A DNA stretch of 64,000 nucleotides from Candidatus Spongiihabitans sp. Lineage in GTDB: Bacteria; Pseudomonadota; Gammaproteobacteria; Arenicellales; Poriferihabitantaceae. Positions 61,738-64,000 of the stretch are shown in pieces. Positions within the stretch are counted from its first letter, which is position 1. Each line of letters opens with the position of its first letter. The position numbers were made by a program, and so were the translations under genes. Location of the stretch: NCBI RefSeq assembly GCF_965237845.1, contig NZ_OZ250154.1, positions 2,589,141 to 2,653,140 on the forward strand. Reading direction: 5' to 3'. The notes beneath the pieces were generated by a model. That model made no database searches and was not told the origin of the DNA. It saw nothing but the letters and a program-made list of their open reading frames with translations.

Positions 61738-64000
61738 GCCGCTTGACTCACGCCGAGTTATTTGACGCCACTCGTTTCGATGGTCTGGATGAAGACCATA
61801 ATAAAGCCATTAAGACATTTCAGTCGGTCCTGGACAATGGCAAAACCACTCTCGCCGAGTATCACCTTGAAGGCGGTAGCGCTGCTGTCCTTAGCAGGCA
61901 ACAAAGTTGGTTGATCGATCAAATCCTGGTGCAGAGCTGGCACCGATTCTTTCCGGTTCACGGGTCGATTGACACTAAACACCCTGCGCCGTCTCTCATT
62001 GCAGCTGGAGGGTATGGGCGGCGGGAGCTGAATCTTGAATCCGATATCGACCTGCTTTTACTATTGCCGGATAGAATTCAAAAATCTCAACTGGGAACCA
62101 TTGAGTCATTTATTGAGTCGTTTATTCGATTTTGCTGGGATATTGGCTTAAAGGTCGGGCATAGCATCGGCAAAATTTCCGAGTGCGTTAAGTTTGCATC
62201 GAAAGATTTGACCGTTATAACCAACATAATGGAAACTCGACTGATTGAGGGAGATCAATCGCTATTCGAAAAACTGCAATCAAAATTAAGAGCGAAGCGC
62301 GTATGGCCCGCGGATGAGTACTTTAAAAGCAAACTTCAAGAACAACAGGCGCGTCATCTACATTTTGGCGACACTGCATATAATCTGGAGCCAAATTTAA
62401 AGGAAAGCCCGGGCGGTCTTCGAGACTTGCATATGATTAGCTGGATTGCCAACCGCTATTTTGGAACCAGCGATTTCGCTGAACTGGTAGAGCATGACTT
62501 TCTTACCGATCAGGAATATCAAGCACTTATCAAAGGGCGGAATTTTCTGTGGACCCTGAGAAATGGACTGCATTTGCTTGCCAATCGTTGCGAAGACAGA
62601 TTGTTATTCGACTATCAACGAGATCTGGCCAAACAGCTTGGATATAAACAGCAGGAAAATCATCTTGCCGTAGAGCAGATGATGAAACGTTATTACCGCA
62701 CCGTGAAAGAATTACAGTTGTTAAATGAATTGTTGTTACAGCACTTTCAGGAAGTCCTTCTCCATATCAAAAAGCCGCAAACCCAAAAACCGAGACCTCG
62801 AAAAATCAATAGCCGATTTAACTGTGTCGGCAATTTTCTCGAAACATCTCATGCCGCCGTATTTGAACAGCAGCCAAACGCGATCCTGGAACTGTTTTAT
62901 TTGATGCAACAACATCCGAAGTTAATTGGCATCCGCGCAAGCACCATTCGCCAGCTGCGCAGCAATCTCCAGATAATTGACAGCGATTATCGCAAGGACC
63001 CGGCAAATCAAGCGACTTTCCTGAATATTTTCAAATACCAGAAAGGCTTAACCAATGCACTGCGTCGGATGAATGCATACGGTGTGCTCGGCGCATTCTT
63101 TCCGGAATTCGGAAAAGTGGTCGGACAAATGCAGCATGATTTATTTCACATCTTCACCGTGGATGCGCATTCACTATTTGTAGTGGGCAATATCCGTCGC
63201 CTTATGTTGGACAAATACAAAGAAGAATTCCCGATTCTCACGACGATATTGAACCAGTTAAATCGACGCGAGCGATTGTACCTGGCTGCGTTATGTCATG
63301 ACATTGGCAAAGGCAGCGGTAGCGACCACTCGGTCGCAGGAGAAAAAATAGCCCTGGCTTTATGCAACCGACTTGACTTGTCTGAATACGATGCGCAATT
63401 GGTCGCCTGGTTGGTCAGGAATCACTTGATTATGTCCTGGACCGCGCAACGTGAAGACACCTCGGCTTCCAGAGTAATAGACCGATTTGCCGAGATCGTT
63501 GGCGATCAGGAGCATCTTGATAACTTATACCTGCTTACCGTTGCGGATATCCGTGGCACCAGTCATAAAGTTTGGAATGAATGGAAAGGTCAGTTGCTGT
63601 TCAATTTATATACCGCGACATCGCGCCGCTTGCGCTCTGGAATAAGCGGCGCACAAGCCATTCGCCAGCGCATTGGTGATCGCAAGCGGGCGATTAGAAA
63701 ATTAGTGGGCAAATCAATCACCGAAGCCGCATTAACGCAAGTCTGGGCGCAATTGGATCAGGAATATTTCCTGCGTAACGGCCCTGAAACCTGCGCCTGG
63801 CATGCACAGCAGATTGAAAACGCCAGATTGCTCGACCTGCCTCTGGTTGCAACGCGCTATCGCCCGGGAATCAAGGCGCGACAAATTCTTGTGGTGGCTC
63901 CGGAATCGGACAATTTATTGCCGCAAAGCACGGCCGCCGTCGACAAACTTGGATTAAGCATTCTTGATGCCCGAATTCATAAAACCAAATCAGGGCTGGC
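61734..64000 (+). CDS. glnD: Bifunctional uridylyltransferase/uridylyl-removing enzyme (runs off the window)
   Basis: Not in the ORF track. Its ATG overlaps the map stop. It reads AAGGYGRREL..SDIDL, NLEPNLKESPGGLRD, MQHDLFH.FTVD.H and HDIGKG. Confidence 0.95.
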   Translation, partial: MSRLTHAELFDATRFDGLDEDHNKAIKTFQSVLDNGKTTLAEYHLEGGSAAVLSRQQSWLIDQILVQSWHRFFPVHGSIDTKHPAPSLIAAGGYGRRELNLESDIDLLLLLPDRIQKSQLGTIESFIESFIRFCWDIGLKVGHSIGKISECVKFASKDLTVITNIMETRLIEGDQSLFEKLQSKLRAKRVWPADEYFKSKLQEQQARHLHFGDTAYNLEPNLKESPGGLRDLHMISWIANRYFGTSDFAELVEHDFLTDQEYQALIKGRNFLWTLRNGLHLLANRCEDRLLFDYQRDLAKQLGYKQQENHLAVEQMMKRYYRTVKELQLLNELLLQHFQEVLLHIKKPQTQKPRPRKINSRFNCVGNFLETSHAAVFEQQPNAILELFYLMQQHPKLIGIRASTIRQLRSNLQIIDSDYRKDPANQATFLNIFKYQKGLTNALRRMNAYGVLGAFFPEFGKVVGQMQHDLFHIFTVDAHSLFVVGNIRRLMLDKYKEEFPILTTILNQLNRRERLYLAALCHDIGKGSGSDHSVAGEKIALALCNRLDLSEYDAQLVAWLVRNHLIMSWTAQREDTSASRVIDRFAEIVGDQEHLDNLYLLTVADIRGTSHKVWNEWKGQLLFNLYTATSRRLRSGISGAQAIRQRIGDRKRAIRKLVGKSITEAALTQVWAQLDQEYFLRNGPETCAWHAQQIENARLLDLPLVATRYRPGIKARQILVVAPESDNLLPQSTAAVDKLGLSILDARIHKTKSGL

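Overview
This is a core-genome window from a gammaproteobacterium-like chromosome, and most genes lie on the minus strand. Positions 1-29.7 kb hold one translation/transcription supercluster: thrU-tyrU-glyT-thrT-tuf-trpT-secE-nusG-rplKAJL-rpoBC-rpsLG-fusA-tuf, then the S10 and spc operons, cut off in rplO. Positions 30-42.5 kb are a mixed region: SPOR protein, coaX, birA, an atypical ispG, a tyrosine recombinase beside a low-GC two-gene cassette (DUF488 fusion plus an unknown protein), ilvD, a GntP-like permease, pstB and IS481 remnants, an Lrp regulator and TauE. Positions 42.6-64 kb hold rpsB-tsf-frr-uppS-cdsA-dxr-rseP-bamA-skp-lpxD-fabZ-lpxA-lpxB-rnhB-dnaE (pyrH is absent), with map-glnD divergent. 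The strongest finding is a complete 290-nt Azoarcus-like group I intron that splits tRNA-Thr(UGU) right after the anticodon. Other highlights are the candidate defence cassette, a roughly 195-nt multi-stem RNA between rpsL and rpsG, a 65-bp hairpin element inverted on both sides of rplJ, an orphan small membrane ORF inside the spc operon, and many 12-17 bp tandem duplications. All calls were made by eye; no searches or folding programs were run.
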